This document shows positions 1-9,842 of a DNA stretch of 64,000 nucleotides, in pieces. The DNA comes from an uncultured Gemmataceae bacterium (lineage in GTDB: Bacteria > Planctomycetota > Planctomycetia > Gemmatales > Gemmataceae), in contig CAVVPN010000003.1 in assembly GCA_963750165.1 (NCBI GenBank), positions 1,632,001 to 1,696,000 on the forward strand, written 5' to 3'. The notes beneath the pieces are model-generated. The model worked only from the letters and a program-made list of their open reading frames with translations, ran no database searches and was not told where the DNA came from. The translations under genes were made by a program, and so were the position numbers. Each line of letters starts with the position of its first letter. Position 1 is the first letter of the stretch.

Positions 1-504
1 GTGTTCCACGTCAAGGGGCTGGACGGCACCAAGGTGCGCGTGATGGAGTTGGAGACGGCGAAGCCGGACAACGACGCCGAGGCGAAGGCGAACGCTCGCG
101 AGCTGGCACGGCTGCTGGAGAACAAGGACACGGCTGCGTGGTGGTACCTGGCAAAGCCGTTCGCAAAGCAGGACAAGGAGTACGTGGAGGAAGCGCGACT
201 GCACGGCGGTCGCATGGCGCTGCAGGTGACGGCGATAGTGCCGGCGACGATGGCGGTGCTGTACCTGCTGCTGATCGGCTACTTCTTCACGCAGGGCGGC
301 TACAAGGCGGTGGAACTGGTCGGCGAGAGTGAGAAGGAAAAGGAGAAAATTTTGGCCGGGGCGGCGGGCGGCGACCTGGAGCGGTTCGCACACCCGGGGG
401 AGACGGGCATCCGCGCCAACCAGGAGGGCATCGCGGCGCCGCAGCATGGGGTGATGCCGCCGCCCAATGAGGTGCCGCCGGCGTCGCGGCAGGGCGAGGC
501 GTAA
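1..504 (+). CDS. MFS-type membrane transporter, C-terminal part (5' end outside window)
   Basis: Open frame from the window edge; terminal TM helix GGRMALQVTAIVPATMAVLYLLLIGYFF followed by GGYKAVEL resembles the C-termini of planctomycete MFS proteins. Confidence 0.55.
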   Translation: MFHVKGLDGTKVRVMELETAKPDNDAEAKANARELARLLENKDTAAWWYLAKPFAKQDKEYVEEARLHGGRMALQVTAIVPATMAVLYLLLIGYFFTQGGYKAVELVGESEKEKEKILAGAAGGDLERFAHPGETGIRANQEGIAAPQHGVMPPPNEVPPASRQGEA

Positions 505-583
505 GCGCCGCGAAACAACACTACGGGTTTTCTGCCCTGGCGGACCAAGGAGTCCATGCAGGGCATGATGAGCATTTGGTAGA

Positions 584-1204
584 ATGTTTATGGAGAGCCG
601 ACCTCCGATTCCCCGGGAACTGGAAAGACAGGTGCTGGTCGAGGCCGGTCATCGGTGTGCGATCCCGGCTTGCAGCCAGATCCCGGTTGAACTTGCGCAC
701 ATCGTACCGTGGTCCAGGTGTCAGGAGCACAAGTTTGACAACCTCATCGCCCTGTGCCCAACCTGTCACACCCGATATGATCGGGGCGAAATCGACCGGA
801 AGGCCATGCGCACTTAGGAGGCGCCGAACAACAACTTCCAAAAGTAGGACGGCTCTCCAGAGCCGTCGGGACGGCTCTGGAGAGCCGTCCTACGAAGTTG
901 TTGTTCGGCGCCTCCTTACAAGCACAACCTGTTGCTGCTGAACCGTCGTTACGGCGATCTGGAGCAGCGCGTTTTCCTGGCCTTCGCGCGACAGCCAGCC
1001 AACGCTGATCTGTGGTTGCTCGGCGACCTGGAGATTTTGCTATTGCATCTGCTGGAAGACGGCCTGATCACGGACACCGGCCAGACGCGGCCGATCGGTT
1101 CGCCAGGTGGTTTGGTCCAAAAGCTTTATCGGTTCAGCGACAAGGGACGGGAGTACGCGGCGCTCTGGTTGTCACCGCAAGGGGCGGACGAGGCGCCAGC
1201 ATAG
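584..1204 (+). pseudogene. HNH endonuclease interrupted by a 99-bp palindromic element
   Basis: CAIPAC...AHIVPW...NLIALCPTCH HNH motif in 584-817. Removing 817-918 fuses it in frame to ORF 932-1204 (…KAMRTYKHNLLLLNRRYGDLE…). Confidence 0.85.
817..915. mobile_element. MITE-like element: 22-bp terminal inverted repeats, TTA target duplication, internal GTAG-REP doublet
   Basis: GGAGGCGCCGAACAACAACTTC (817-838) and its exact reverse complement (894-915); TTA at 814-816 and 916-918; GTAG-GACGGCTCTCCAGAGCCGTC at 844-867 and its inverse at 870-893. Confidence 0.85.
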
Positions 1205-1223
1205 TGGGACGGGGGTGGTAAAC

Positions 1224-1532
1224 GTGGAAAACAAATCGATCGTAAACAACGGCGTGGAGACAGCCCCCGAATGGGTGGAGCGCATCCGCGCGGCGCAGGC
1301 GGTTGCCGTCTACCCCATCGACGGTCAACACTTCGCGCGCATCCGTTACGGAGATGAGACCGAGGATTGGGGAGCCGGGCAGGGACCGTGTCACGATTGT
1401 GGGGTCGTGCGCGGGCAATACCACGTGCCGGGATGCGATGTGGAACGCTGTCCTCGGTGTGGCCGTCAAGCGATCTCGTGTGCTTGCCCATACGACGAAC
1501 CGGAAGTGGCAGCGGCAACGAACGGTCGGTGA
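1224..1532 (+). CDS. Small Cys/His-rich putative Zn-binding protein
   Basis: [33 protein letters not shown]; start codon uncertain (1215 or 1224). Confidence 0.65.
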   Translation: MENKSIVNNGVETAPEWVERIRAAQAVAVYPIDGQHFARIRYGDETEDWGAGQGPCHDCGVVRGQYHVPGCDVERCPRCGRQAISCACPYDEPEVAAATNGR

Positions 1533-1633
1533 GCACAGAGACGCAGGGCTTTCGCCCACGAACCGCTTTTCGCTTGACGGACCGCGCCGTCCGGGGGATC
1601 CTATCCAGTAAAGGAACATATGGAGGGCACCAC

Positions 1634-2077
1634 ATGAGCGCACGTCTGATCGCCTGGAAATGGTGCGCCGTCCTTCCGACAATACTCGGCCTGGCGGGTT
1701 GCTCCAACAACGCCGACCCACCGCGCTCGCCGACCGAGGAGCGCCTTTACAAGATCGGCAAGGCGTACGTTCAGGCTACCTACCGGCTCGAACGCCCGCC
1801 CAATAACTTTGACGAGATCAAAACCCACATCGAGGGGCCTGCCGACGACGCGTTGCTGCGCTCCGCGAACGACGGCGAGCCGTTCGTCATCCTGTGGGGG
1901 GTGGACTGCAACAAGCTGTCGTCCGAGCGCAAAGACCCCTTTACCGTCGCCGCCTACGAGAAGCGCGGCGCCAACGGCACCCGTTACGTCCTGCGTTTTC
2001 CGTTGTCAGTGGTAGCGATGACCGACGCCGAGTTCCAACGGGCCGTCTTTCCCCCGGGCCACGAGCCGCCGCGGTGA
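1634..2077 (+). CDS. Lipoprotein of unknown function, upstream of a DUF1559 gene
   Basis: GGAGG RBS; signal peptide ending in lipobox LAGC; directly upstream of DUF1559 gene. Confidence 0.75.
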   Translation: MSARLIAWKWCAVLPTILGLAGCSNNADPPRSPTEERLYKIGKAYVQATYRLERPPNNFDEIKTHIEGPADDALLRSANDGEPFVILWGVDCNKLSSERKDPFTVAAYEKRGANGTRYVLRFPLSVVAMTDAEFQRAVFPPGHEPPR

Positions 2078-2104
2078 GCGCCCCGACCCGAGGAGGTTTT
2101 TATT

Positions 2105-3025
2105 ATGTCATCCCGCTTCCCGCGCAGCCGTCCGGCGTTCACGCTGATCGAGCTACTGGTGGTCATCGCCATCATCGCCGTGCTGATCGGCCTGTTGCTG
2201 CCGGCCGTCCAGACGGTGCGCGAGGCCGCCAACCGCGCCCAGTGCGCCAACAACCTCAAGCAGCTGGCCGCCGCCTTCCACGACTACCACGGCACATACA
2301 AATACTTTCCGTCCGGCGGCAAAGGCCCCGGGGCGGCGCGGACGATGCTCGGTAACGTCCCCGCCGGGTACGCCACGCAGGGCTGGGGCTGGTGCTATCA
2401 AATCCTGCCCTTTGTCGAGCAGGAGAACCTGTACAACATGCCGGCCGGCGACAACGGCGCCGTGATCGCCACGCCGCTGGCGCTGCTGTACTGCCCGACG
2501 CGCGGCCGCGAGAAAGTGGTGCAGAACATCGCCGTCAGCGACTACGCCGGCAACGGCGGCAGCTACGGCAATTGGAGTTCGCTGACCGGCCCGGTCAACA
2601 GCCTGGACGGCCCGCTCACGCCCGCGGGGGCGCAGCCGGTCAACTTCGCCGCCATCCGCGACGGCACCTCCAACACACTGCTGATCGGCGAGAAGTGGCT
2701 GTACATCACCTGGTATCTCGACCGCACCTCCGGCGGCGGCGCCTGCATCGACAACGAGGGCTGGTGCAACGGCTGGGACAACGACACCATCTGTTTTAGC
2801 GGCACGCAGTCGTATTCAGCGCCGAACGGCATCGTCGTGCCGCAGCAGGACACGCAGACCGGCTGGTCGTGCGGTCTGATCTTCGGCTCGGCGCACCCGG
2901 GCAGTTTCGTCGCCGTCTTCTGCGACGGCTCCGTGCATTTCCTGTCCTATGGCATCAACCCCACGACCTGGCACAACCTGTGCTCGCGCAACGACGGCCA
3001 GACCGTGAACGAGAGTGACTTTTAA
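2105..3025 (+). CDS. DUF1559 prepilin-type N-terminal cleavage/methylation protein
   Basis: [62 protein letters not shown]. Confidence 0.95.
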   Translation: MSSRFPRSRPAFTLIELLVVIAIIAVLIGLLLPAVQTVREAANRAQCANNLKQLAAAFHDYHGTYKYFPSGGKGPGAARTMLGNVPAGYATQGWGWCYQILPFVEQENLYNMPAGDNGAVIATPLALLYCPTRGREKVVQNIAVSDYAGNGGSYGNWSSLTGPVNSLDGPLTPAGAQPVNFAAIRDGTSNTLLIGEKWLYITWYLDRTSGGGACIDNEGWCNGWDNDTICFSGTQSYSAPNGIVVPQQDTQTGWSCGLIFGSAHPGSFVAVFCDGSVHFLSYGINPTTWHNLCSRNDGQTVNESDF

Positions 3026-3069
3026 CACCCCGTCGGTCCCACGGGCGCCACCCCATGCGAACGCACACC

Positions 3070-6000
3070 ATGAAGACCGACCTCCGCACGCTGCTCATCC
3101 CCGCCATCGCCGTCCTTGGTCTTTGCGGTGGTCGCTTCGCGGCGCAGCAGCCCGCGCCGGCCCAGCCGACCACGCCAACGATCGGCTTCAACCGCGACAT
3201 CCGTCCCATCCTGTCCAACCGCTGCTTCAAGTGCCACGGCCCCGATCTCAAGAAGAGCGGCCTCGACCTGCAAAGCCGTGACGGGGCGCTGAAAAAACTC
3301 CGCTCCGGCGAGCACGCCATCGTGCCCGGCAAGAGCGCCGACAGCGCCCTGATCCAGCGCGTCTGCTCCCCGGAAAAGAGCGAACGCATGCCGCCCACCG
3401 GCGCGCCGCTCAGCCCGACCCAGATCGCCAAACTGAAAGCGTGGATCGACCAGGGCGCGCCGTATGAGGAGCACTGGGCCTACGTCAAGCCGGTGCGGCC
3501 GCCGTACCCGGCGCTCAAGAATAAAAGCTGGCCGCGCAACGGCATCGACCATTTCGTGCTGGCCCGGCTGGAGCGCGAGGGGTTGCAGCCGGCGCCCGAA
3601 GCCGACCGCGCTCGCCTGATCCGCCGCGTCAGCCTGGACCTGACCGGCCTGCCGCCGACGGTGCGCGAGGTGGATGACTTCCTGAACGATCCGAGTCCGA
3701 ACGCTTACGAGAAGGTGGTGGATCGGCTGCTGGCGTCGCCGCATTACGGCGAGCATCAGGCGCGCTTCTGGCTCGACCAGGCCCGCTACGCCGACACCAA
3801 CGGCTACGAAGCCGACCAGCGCCGCACCCTCTGGCCCTACCGCGACTGGGTCATCAAGGCCTTCAACCGTGACCTGCCGTTCGACCAGTTCACGATTGAG
3901 CAGCTGGCCGGCGACCTGCTGCCCAACCCGACGCGCGACCAGTTGGTGGCGACCGGCTTCCATCGCAACACGATGGTCAACACCGAGGGCGGCACCGACG
4001 ATGAGGAGTTCCGCGTCGCCGCCGTCGTCGATCGCGTCAACACGACGATGGCAGTGTGGATGGGCACGACCATGAACTGCGCCCAGTGCCACAACCACAA
4101 GTATGATCCGTTCTCGCAGAAGGAGTTTTACCAGCTGTACGCCTTCCTCAACAGCACGGCGGATCGCGGCAAGAGCAACGAGCCGACGATCCGCATCCCG
4201 ACGGCCGAGGAAACCGCGAAACGCAAGAAAATCGCGGATCGGCGGGCGCCGCTGCTGCGGGAGCTGGAGCGGGACACACCCGAACTGCGCGCCGCCCAGC
4301 AGCAGTGGGAGAAGAGCCTGCGCGGCCAGGACGCCGCCTGGGTGCTGTTACGGCCGGTGCGGTTGGCCAGCGCCGGCGGCACCACGCTGACGGCACTGCC
4401 GGACGCCAGCGTTTTGGCTCACCAGCAGTCGCCGGCCACCGACACGTACACCGTCACGCTGGAGCCGAACCTGGCGGGCATCACCGCGTTCAAACTGGAA
4501 GCGCTGACCGACAAGGCGCTGCCGGCGAAGGGCCCCGGCCGGGCGGGCGGCAACTTCGTGCTGACCGGCGTCAAGGTGACGCTGGCCGACCGCAAGACGC
4601 CGACGCGCTCGCAGCCGGTGCCGCTGCAGAACGCCACGGCCGATTTTGCGCAGGCCAGGTTCAGCGTTGCCCTGGCGCTGGCCGGCAAGCCGAAGGCCGG
4701 CTGGGCCGTCGCGCCGCAGGTCGGCAAGCCGCACGTCGCCGTCTTCGAGACGAAGCAGGATGTCCACGCCGGCCTGGGTCGGACGCTCACGGTCACGCTG
4801 GAGCAGCAGTACGGCGACCAGCACACGCTTGGCCGCTTTCGGCTGTACGCCAGCACGACGCCGCGGCCGGTGCGCGTCCGCACGCTGCCGGACGCGGTGG
4901 CCCAGGCGCTGCGCGTGCCTTCCGACAAGCGCACGGTCGCCCAGCAGGACGCGGTGCTAAAATACTACCGTTCGGTGGCGCCGGAACTGGCGAAGCTGCG
5001 CGAGCAGATCGCCGCGCTGAAGAAGCAGGAGGCCGCCATCAAGCCGGCGACGACGATGGTCCTGAAGGAACTGCCGGCGCCGCGCGTGACGAAAATTCAC
5101 ATCCGCGGCAATCACCGTGACCTGGGCGCACAGGTTGGACCGGGTGTGCCAGCGAAATGGCACAAGCTGCCGGAGGGGCCGCTGAACCGCCTGACGCTGG
5201 CGCGATGGCTCGTCAGCCCGGATAACCCGCTGGTCGGTCGTGTGCTGATGAACCGCCTCTGGGCGCGCTACTTCGGCCACGGCCTGGTCGAAACGAGCGA
5301 GGACTTCGGCGCCCAGGGCGAGCCGCCGACACACCCCGAACTGCTGGACTGGCTGGCGACCGAATTGATGCTCCCCTCGCCCCCTCAAGGGGGAGAGGGG
5401 TCGGGGGTGAGGGGGTGGAGCCTCAAGGTGATGCACCGGACGATTGTGCTGTCGGCGACCTACCGCCAGTCGGCGCGGGTGACGCCGGCACTGGTGAAAC
5501 GCGACCCGTTCAACCGCCTGTACGCGCGCGGCCCGCGCTTCCGCATGGACGCGGAAATGGTGCGCGACAACGCCCTGGCGGTCAGCGGTCTGCTGACGCG
5601 CAAGCTGGGCGGGCCGAGTGTCTTCCCGTTCCAGCCCGACGGCATCTGGGCAAACCCGTACAGCGGCGATAAATGGGTGATGAGCACGAACGGCGACCAG
5701 TATCGCCGTGGTCTGTACACGTTCTGGCGGCGGACGGCGCCGTATGCGTCGTTCATGGCCTTCGACGCGCCGAGCCGCGAGGTGGCCTGTGAACGGCGGC
5801 CGCGCACCAACACGCCGCTGCAGGCGCTGGCGGTGCTCAACGACCGGGCCTTCGTGGAGCCGGCGGCGGCGCTGGCGCGGCGGATATTGAAGGAAGTCCA
5901 GGGGAGTGAGCGCGAACGAGCGCTCCACGGATTCCGGTTGTGCGTGGCCCGGGCGCCGTCCGCGGCGGAGCTGGATTTGTTGCTGACGTTGTACCGCGAG

Positions 6001-6153
6001 AGTCTGGCGAAGTACCAGAAAGACGAACCGGCGGCGCGAGCCCTGGCGACGTTGCTGCCGCTGCCGGACGGCCGGGTGGACACGGCGGAACTGGCGTCGT
6101 GGACCGTCGTGGCCAATGTGCTGCTGAACCTGGATGAGACGATCACGAAATAA
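3070..6153 (+). CDS. PSD1 / planctomycete cytochrome c protein (PSCyt1-DUF1549-DUF1553)
   Basis: FNRDIRPILSNRCFKCH, WIDQGA, WLDQARYADT, CAQCHNHKYDP, HPELLDWLA, NTPLQAL, LLNLDE. Confidence 0.95.
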   Translation: MKTDLRTLLIPAIAVLGLCGGRFAAQQPAPAQPTTPTIGFNRDIRPILSNRCFKCHGPDLKKSGLDLQSRDGALKKLRSGEHAIVPGKSADSALIQRVCSPEKSERMPPTGAPLSPTQIAKLKAWIDQGAPYEEHWAYVKPVRPPYPALKNKSWPRNGIDHFVLARLEREGLQPAPEADRARLIRRVSLDLTGLPPTVREVDDFLNDPSPNAYEKVVDRLLASPHYGEHQARFWLDQARYADTNGYEADQRRTLWPYRDWVIKAFNRDLPFDQFTIEQLAGDLLPNPTRDQLVATGFHRNTMVNTEGGTDDEEFRVAAVVDRVNTTMAVWMGTTMNCAQCHNHKYDPFSQKEFYQLYAFLNSTADRGKSNEPTIRIPTAEETAKRKKIADRRAPLLRELERDTPELRAAQQQWEKSLRGQDAAWVLLRPVRLASAGGTTLTALPDASVLAHQQSPATDTYTVTLEPNLAGITAFKLEALTDKALPAKGPGRAGGNFVLTGVKVTLADRKTPTRSQPVPLQNATADFAQARFSVALALAGKPKAGWAVAPQVGKPHVAVFETKQDVHAGLGRTLTVTLEQQYGDQHTLGRFRLYASTTPRPVRVRTLPDAVAQALRVPSDKRTVAQQDAVLKYYRSVAPELAKLREQIAALKKQEAAIKPATTMVLKELPAPRVTKIHIRGNHRDLGAQVGPGVPAKWHKLPEGPLNRLTLARWLVSPDNPLVGRVLMNRLWARYFGHGLVETSEDFGAQGEPPTHPELLDWLATELMLPSPPQGGEGSGVRGWSLKVMHRTIVLSATYRQSARVTPALVKRDPFNRLYARGPRFRMDAEMVRDNALAVSGLLTRKLGGPSVFPFQPDGIWANPYSGDKWVMSTNGDQYRRGLYTFWRRTAPYASFMAFDAPSREVACERRPRTNTPLQALAVLNDRAFVEPAAALARRILKEVQGSERERALHGFRLCVARAPSAAELDLLLTLYRESLAKYQKDEPAARALATLLPLPDGRVDTAELASWTVVANVLLNLDETITK
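5371..5415 (+). repeat. Palindromic CCCCTC...GAGGGG repeat inserted in frame in the PSD1 gene
   Basis: CTCCCCTCGCCCCCTCAAGGGGGAGAGGGGTCGGGGGTGAGGGGG encodes LPSPPQGGEGSGVRG between LATELM and WSLK. Confidence 0.7.
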
Positions 6154-6222
6154 CGGCGTCAACAACTGGCCACGCTAAATTGTTACCTCAGCTCTTTCGC
6201 CAAAAGATGCGGTCTTCGTGTG

Positions 6223-7004
6223 CTAGGGAGTCGCAGGTGTCGCGAGCAGCCGGCCGAGCGCTGCCAGCATCCCGCCCATCCGCCGCCGCGGCGCCCACCC
6301 CGGCACCCCCGGCCGCCGGGCGAAGAACAATCCGACCGGCAACCGTGTCGGCTCCAGTTCCACGGCGAAACCCTGGGCCGTCAGCACGTCGCGCAGCAAC
6401 TCGGGGCGGTAGCGGCCAAAGCCCTCCACGCGCAACGGCCCGCGGAAGTCATCGACGTGATACTCGCCGCACAATGCGTCGATCAGGCCCAGCCGCCGGC
6501 TGGTCAGCAGGATCGGCCACTCGGAGCCTTCGCAGTCCAGCTTCACCAGCCGCACGCGCTGCCGGCCGGCGCGGGTCACCTCGTCCAGCACGGCATCGAA
6601 GGCGACGCCCGGCACCGGCCCGCAGTCGGGGCCGTTCCAGACCGCGAAGCCGCCGGTGTTGGCCCGGTCCAGTGTCGGCCCGAACGGCAGGCTCGCCACG
6701 TCCCGGTCGGAGCGGAACACCGCCGCTCGCCGCACCACCGCACGCGCCTCAAACGGCGCCAGATGGCGGCATAGCAGCGCGAAGTTGTCGGCCGCGGGCT
6801 CGAACGTGAACACCTGACCGGCGCCGCGCGCAGCGCCGCGAAGCTGAACGACCCAAGGTGGCCGCCCACGTCCACGAGCACGTCAGTCGCCTCGAAGCGC
6901 GGCGGCAGTCGGTACTCGTTGTGCGTGACCACCGCGTCGAAGATGGCCCGGTCCGTGGTGCCGGGGCGGAAGTGCCAGTGGGCGGCAATGCGGGGAGCGT
7001 CCAT
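6223..7004 (-). CDS. FkbM family methyltransferase (frameshift near 6825)
   Basis: VDVGGHLGSFS in one frame; FEPAADNF and VKLDCEGSE...GEYH in another; GGAGGAG RBS before ATG 7004. Confidence 0.85.
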
Positions 7005-7324
7005 TTCTCCTCCTGAGAACGATCGGGCCTGGGTATTGTGCCGCGCGCGGGTGACGAACCGCAAGCCCGGAACCGCGCAGGGCCGTTCCCCGGAAGCGAC
7101 CCGAGCGGTATAATAAAAGAAGTGCCAGGGAGGGCTTTCGTCTCATTTCATTTCACACACCCCCCTGACAGCTCCGGGGGCAGCGCAGCTTCCCCACCCC
7201 CAACCCGCTGGAATTGGGCGAGCGGCGCACCCGCGCGGACTTGCCCTTCCCCTGCCCGCGCCAATCCTGTACCCTCCCGCGAAGCGCACCAGGGACGGTG
7301 CGTCAACCGGGCGAGGGCCTGTCG

Positions 7325-9046
7325 ATGGAGCGTGCGGGGCGCTGGGAAAAGCTGGGCGATTGGGGTTGGCTGCTGTTCTGGGGGGCGCTGTCGTCGGTCT
7401 GGTGCGTGACCGCGGCGGCGCGACTCGGGGCCACCTTCGACGAGCCGCTGTACGTGCAGCGCGGCCTCGAAGGCTGGCGCGCCTTCAGCCATTACGGCCT
7501 GCTCAAGGTCGGCACCATGCCGCTGCCCATCGACGTGGAAACGCTGCCGCTCTACCTCCACGAGCGCTACACCGGCACGCGGCTTAACCCGGTCGATGAC
7601 CTGCCGCGGCTGCTGGTGTACGCCCGGCTGGGCATGCTGGCGTTCTGGTGGTTGCTGCTGGTCTACGGCCGGCTGTGGGGCAGGGCGCTGGCGGGGCCGT
7701 GGGGCGGCCGGCTCGCGGTCGCGTTCCTGGCCGTCGAGCCGGCGCTGCTGGCCAACGCCAGCCTCGCCACCACCGACGTGCCGCTCAGCGCCTGTCTGCT
7801 GGCGCTGGTGTACCACTTCCGCCAGAGCCGCACCGCCGCCTGGCGCTGGCGTGTCGGCGTGCCGGCGCTGTGGTTCGCTGCCGCCGTGCTCGCCAAGGCC
7901 AGCGGTCTCGTCTTCAGTCCCATCTGCCTGTTTGTCGTCGAGCTGGAACGCCTGGCCCGCAGCGGCGCGCTGACCGGCGGTTGGCCGGACGGCTGGCGGG
8001 CGCGCGTCGGCCATCTGTGGGCGCTGTGGGCGCCGTGGCGGCGCGACATGGTGCGCAGCGGCCTGCTCGGCCTGGCGCTGGTGTTCGTCTACTGCGGCAG
8101 CGACTTCCAGACGGAGCCATCGTTCGTGGCCTGGGCACACGGCCTGCCGGAGGGCGGCGGCCGTGAGGGGTGGGTGTGGCTGGCGGACCACCTGCGCATC
8201 TTCCCCAACGCCGGCGAGGGCCTGGTGCGGCAGATCAAGCACAACCTGCACGGTCACACGACGTATCTGCTCGGCCAGGGCGAAGCGCGAGCGTTCTGGT
8301 ACTACTTCCCGGTGCTGCTAACGATCAAGCTGACGCTGCCGATCCTGCTGGCGCCGTTGGTGGTGGCGCTGCTGCGGCCGCGGAGCCTGCTGAACACCGC
8401 CTGCTTTTGTGCCGCGGTGCTGGTCGTGGCCAGCGTGAATTTCCGCGTCCAGATCGGCATCCGTTTGATCCTGCCGCTGGTGGCGCTGCTGGTGATCGGC
8501 GTCGCGGCGGCGGCGGCGGATGCCGCGGCGCGGCTGGGGCCGAGCCGGCGGCGGTGGGCGTTGCGGGGGTTCGTCGCGGCGGGGCTGCTGTGGACGGCGG
8601 CGGCGGACGCCCGAGTGTGGCCGCACGGCCTGTGCTACCTCAACGAACTGTGGGGCCGGCCCATCGACGGCTACCGCCACGTCGCTGACGCCAACTACGA
8701 CTGGGGCCAGGGCTTGCCGGAGCTGGCGCGCTGGCAGCGGCGGCACCGCCTGGAGACGCTTGACGTGTGGTATTACGGCACCGACCCGCTCATGGACCGG
8801 CTGCCGATGCGACATCAGATGTTCCATGTCATGCCGATCCACAACGAGGCGGACATCGCGGGCCTGGTGCGCGGCCATCGCGTCGCGGTGAGCACGACGC
8901 TGCTGTGTACCTACCCGATGACGGACGCGCACCGGTACTCGGCGGCGTTTTTCCGCGGCCACCCCGAGCGCCGCGTCGGCCGGACCATGACGTTTTTCAT
9001 CTACGACTTCACGCAACCCGGCGACAACCGCACCGCGGCGCGGTAG
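7325..9046 (+). CDS. GT-C fold membrane glycosyltransferase (GT39/PMT-like)
   Basis: Polytopic; ATFDEP, ASLATTD, WYYFPV, DANYDWGQGL motifs. Confidence 0.8.
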   Translation: MERAGRWEKLGDWGWLLFWGALSSVWCVTAAARLGATFDEPLYVQRGLEGWRAFSHYGLLKVGTMPLPIDVETLPLYLHERYTGTRLNPVDDLPRLLVYARLGMLAFWWLLLVYGRLWGRALAGPWGGRLAVAFLAVEPALLANASLATTDVPLSACLLALVYHFRQSRTAAWRWRVGVPALWFAAAVLAKASGLVFSPICLFVVELERLARSGALTGGWPDGWRARVGHLWALWAPWRRDMVRSGLLGLALVFVYCGSDFQTEPSFVAWAHGLPEGGGREGWVWLADHLRIFPNAGEGLVRQIKHNLHGHTTYLLGQGEARAFWYYFPVLLTIKLTLPILLAPLVVALLRPRSLLNTACFCAAVLVVASVNFRVQIGIRLILPLVALLVIGVAAAAADAAARLGPSRRRWALRGFVAAGLLWTAAADARVWPHGLCYLNELWGRPIDGYRHVADANYDWGQGLPELARWQRRHRLETLDVWYYGTDPLMDRLPMRHQMFHVMPIHNEADIAGLVRGHRVAVSTTLLCTYPMTDAHRYSAAFFRGHPERRVGRTMTFFIYDFTQPGDNRTAAR

Positions 9047-9091
9047 CCTGGAGAGTGACAGGCGGTATCCGACGCGACTGCGGAGAGTGCC

Positions 9092-9832
9092 ATGACCGAG
9101 GCGGAGTGGCTGTGTTGTACGGACGACCCGGTTGGCATGTTGCTGGAGGTCTGTTCGCCTCCGAACAAACGTAAACTGGCCCTCTTTACCTGCTCCAGTC
9201 TGCGGGGGGTGTGGGATCAAATTCCTGTCGCCCTTCAAAAAGCACTGACTGAAATCGAGCTGGCGGTTAATGAAATCTCCGCCGCCGACCTGTCATGGCT
9301 CGGGGAAAGCGCCCTCATCTCGATTGAGGTCGAACTACTGGAAAAGGTTTGGGACAGCGATGTCGGACAATTGACGCCAAATTGGAGTCCTGAAATTGCC
9401 CGTCTCGCATCGGTATTGTTGCCCGGCACCGCCTCTTTCAACTTCAGTGATTGGGGGCCGCTGGAGGAGGAGGAACGGCGCGTGTCTGTTCACGCCCAGA
9501 GTTTCGGCCTTCCCGTGGCAACCGCCTGGCAGCGCGGCCGATCCCAACAGTGCGACTTGCTCCGTGACATCTTCGGCCCCATGAATCAGGAGATCCACAT
9601 CGACCCCGATTGGCTCGCCTGGGACGGAGGCACAATCCCCAAACTTGCCGCCAGCATTTTCGAAAAGCGCAGTTTTGATCGCCTACCGATCCTGGCAGAC
9701 GCCCTGGAGGAGGCGGGCTGTCAGGACGCCGAATTGCTACGCCACTGCCGCACGCCCGGCCTCCATGTCCGTGGGTGCTGGGCCGTGGACGCGCTACTGG
9801 GGAAGCCAGCGGTTTGCTGGACGCCTTGCTAA
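9092..9832 (+). CDS. Gemmataceae-expanded paralog family protein (MTEAEWL...ILADALEEAGC...HVRGCW)
   Basis: Characteristic N-terminal MTEAEWL and C-terminal LLRDIFG/FDRLPILADALEEAGC/HCR..GLHVRGCWAVDALLGK. Confidence 0.8.
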   Translation: MTEAEWLCCTDDPVGMLLEVCSPPNKRKLALFTCSSLRGVWDQIPVALQKALTEIELAVNEISAADLSWLGESALISIEVELLEKVWDSDVGQLTPNWSPEIARLASVLLPGTASFNFSDWGPLEEEERRVSVHAQSFGLPVATAWQRGRSQQCDLLRDIFGPMNQEIHIDPDWLAWDGGTIPKLAASIFEKRSFDRLPILADALEEAGCQDAELLRHCRTPGLHVRGCWAVDALLGKPAVCWTPC

Positions 9833-9842
9833 GAGCACTCTC

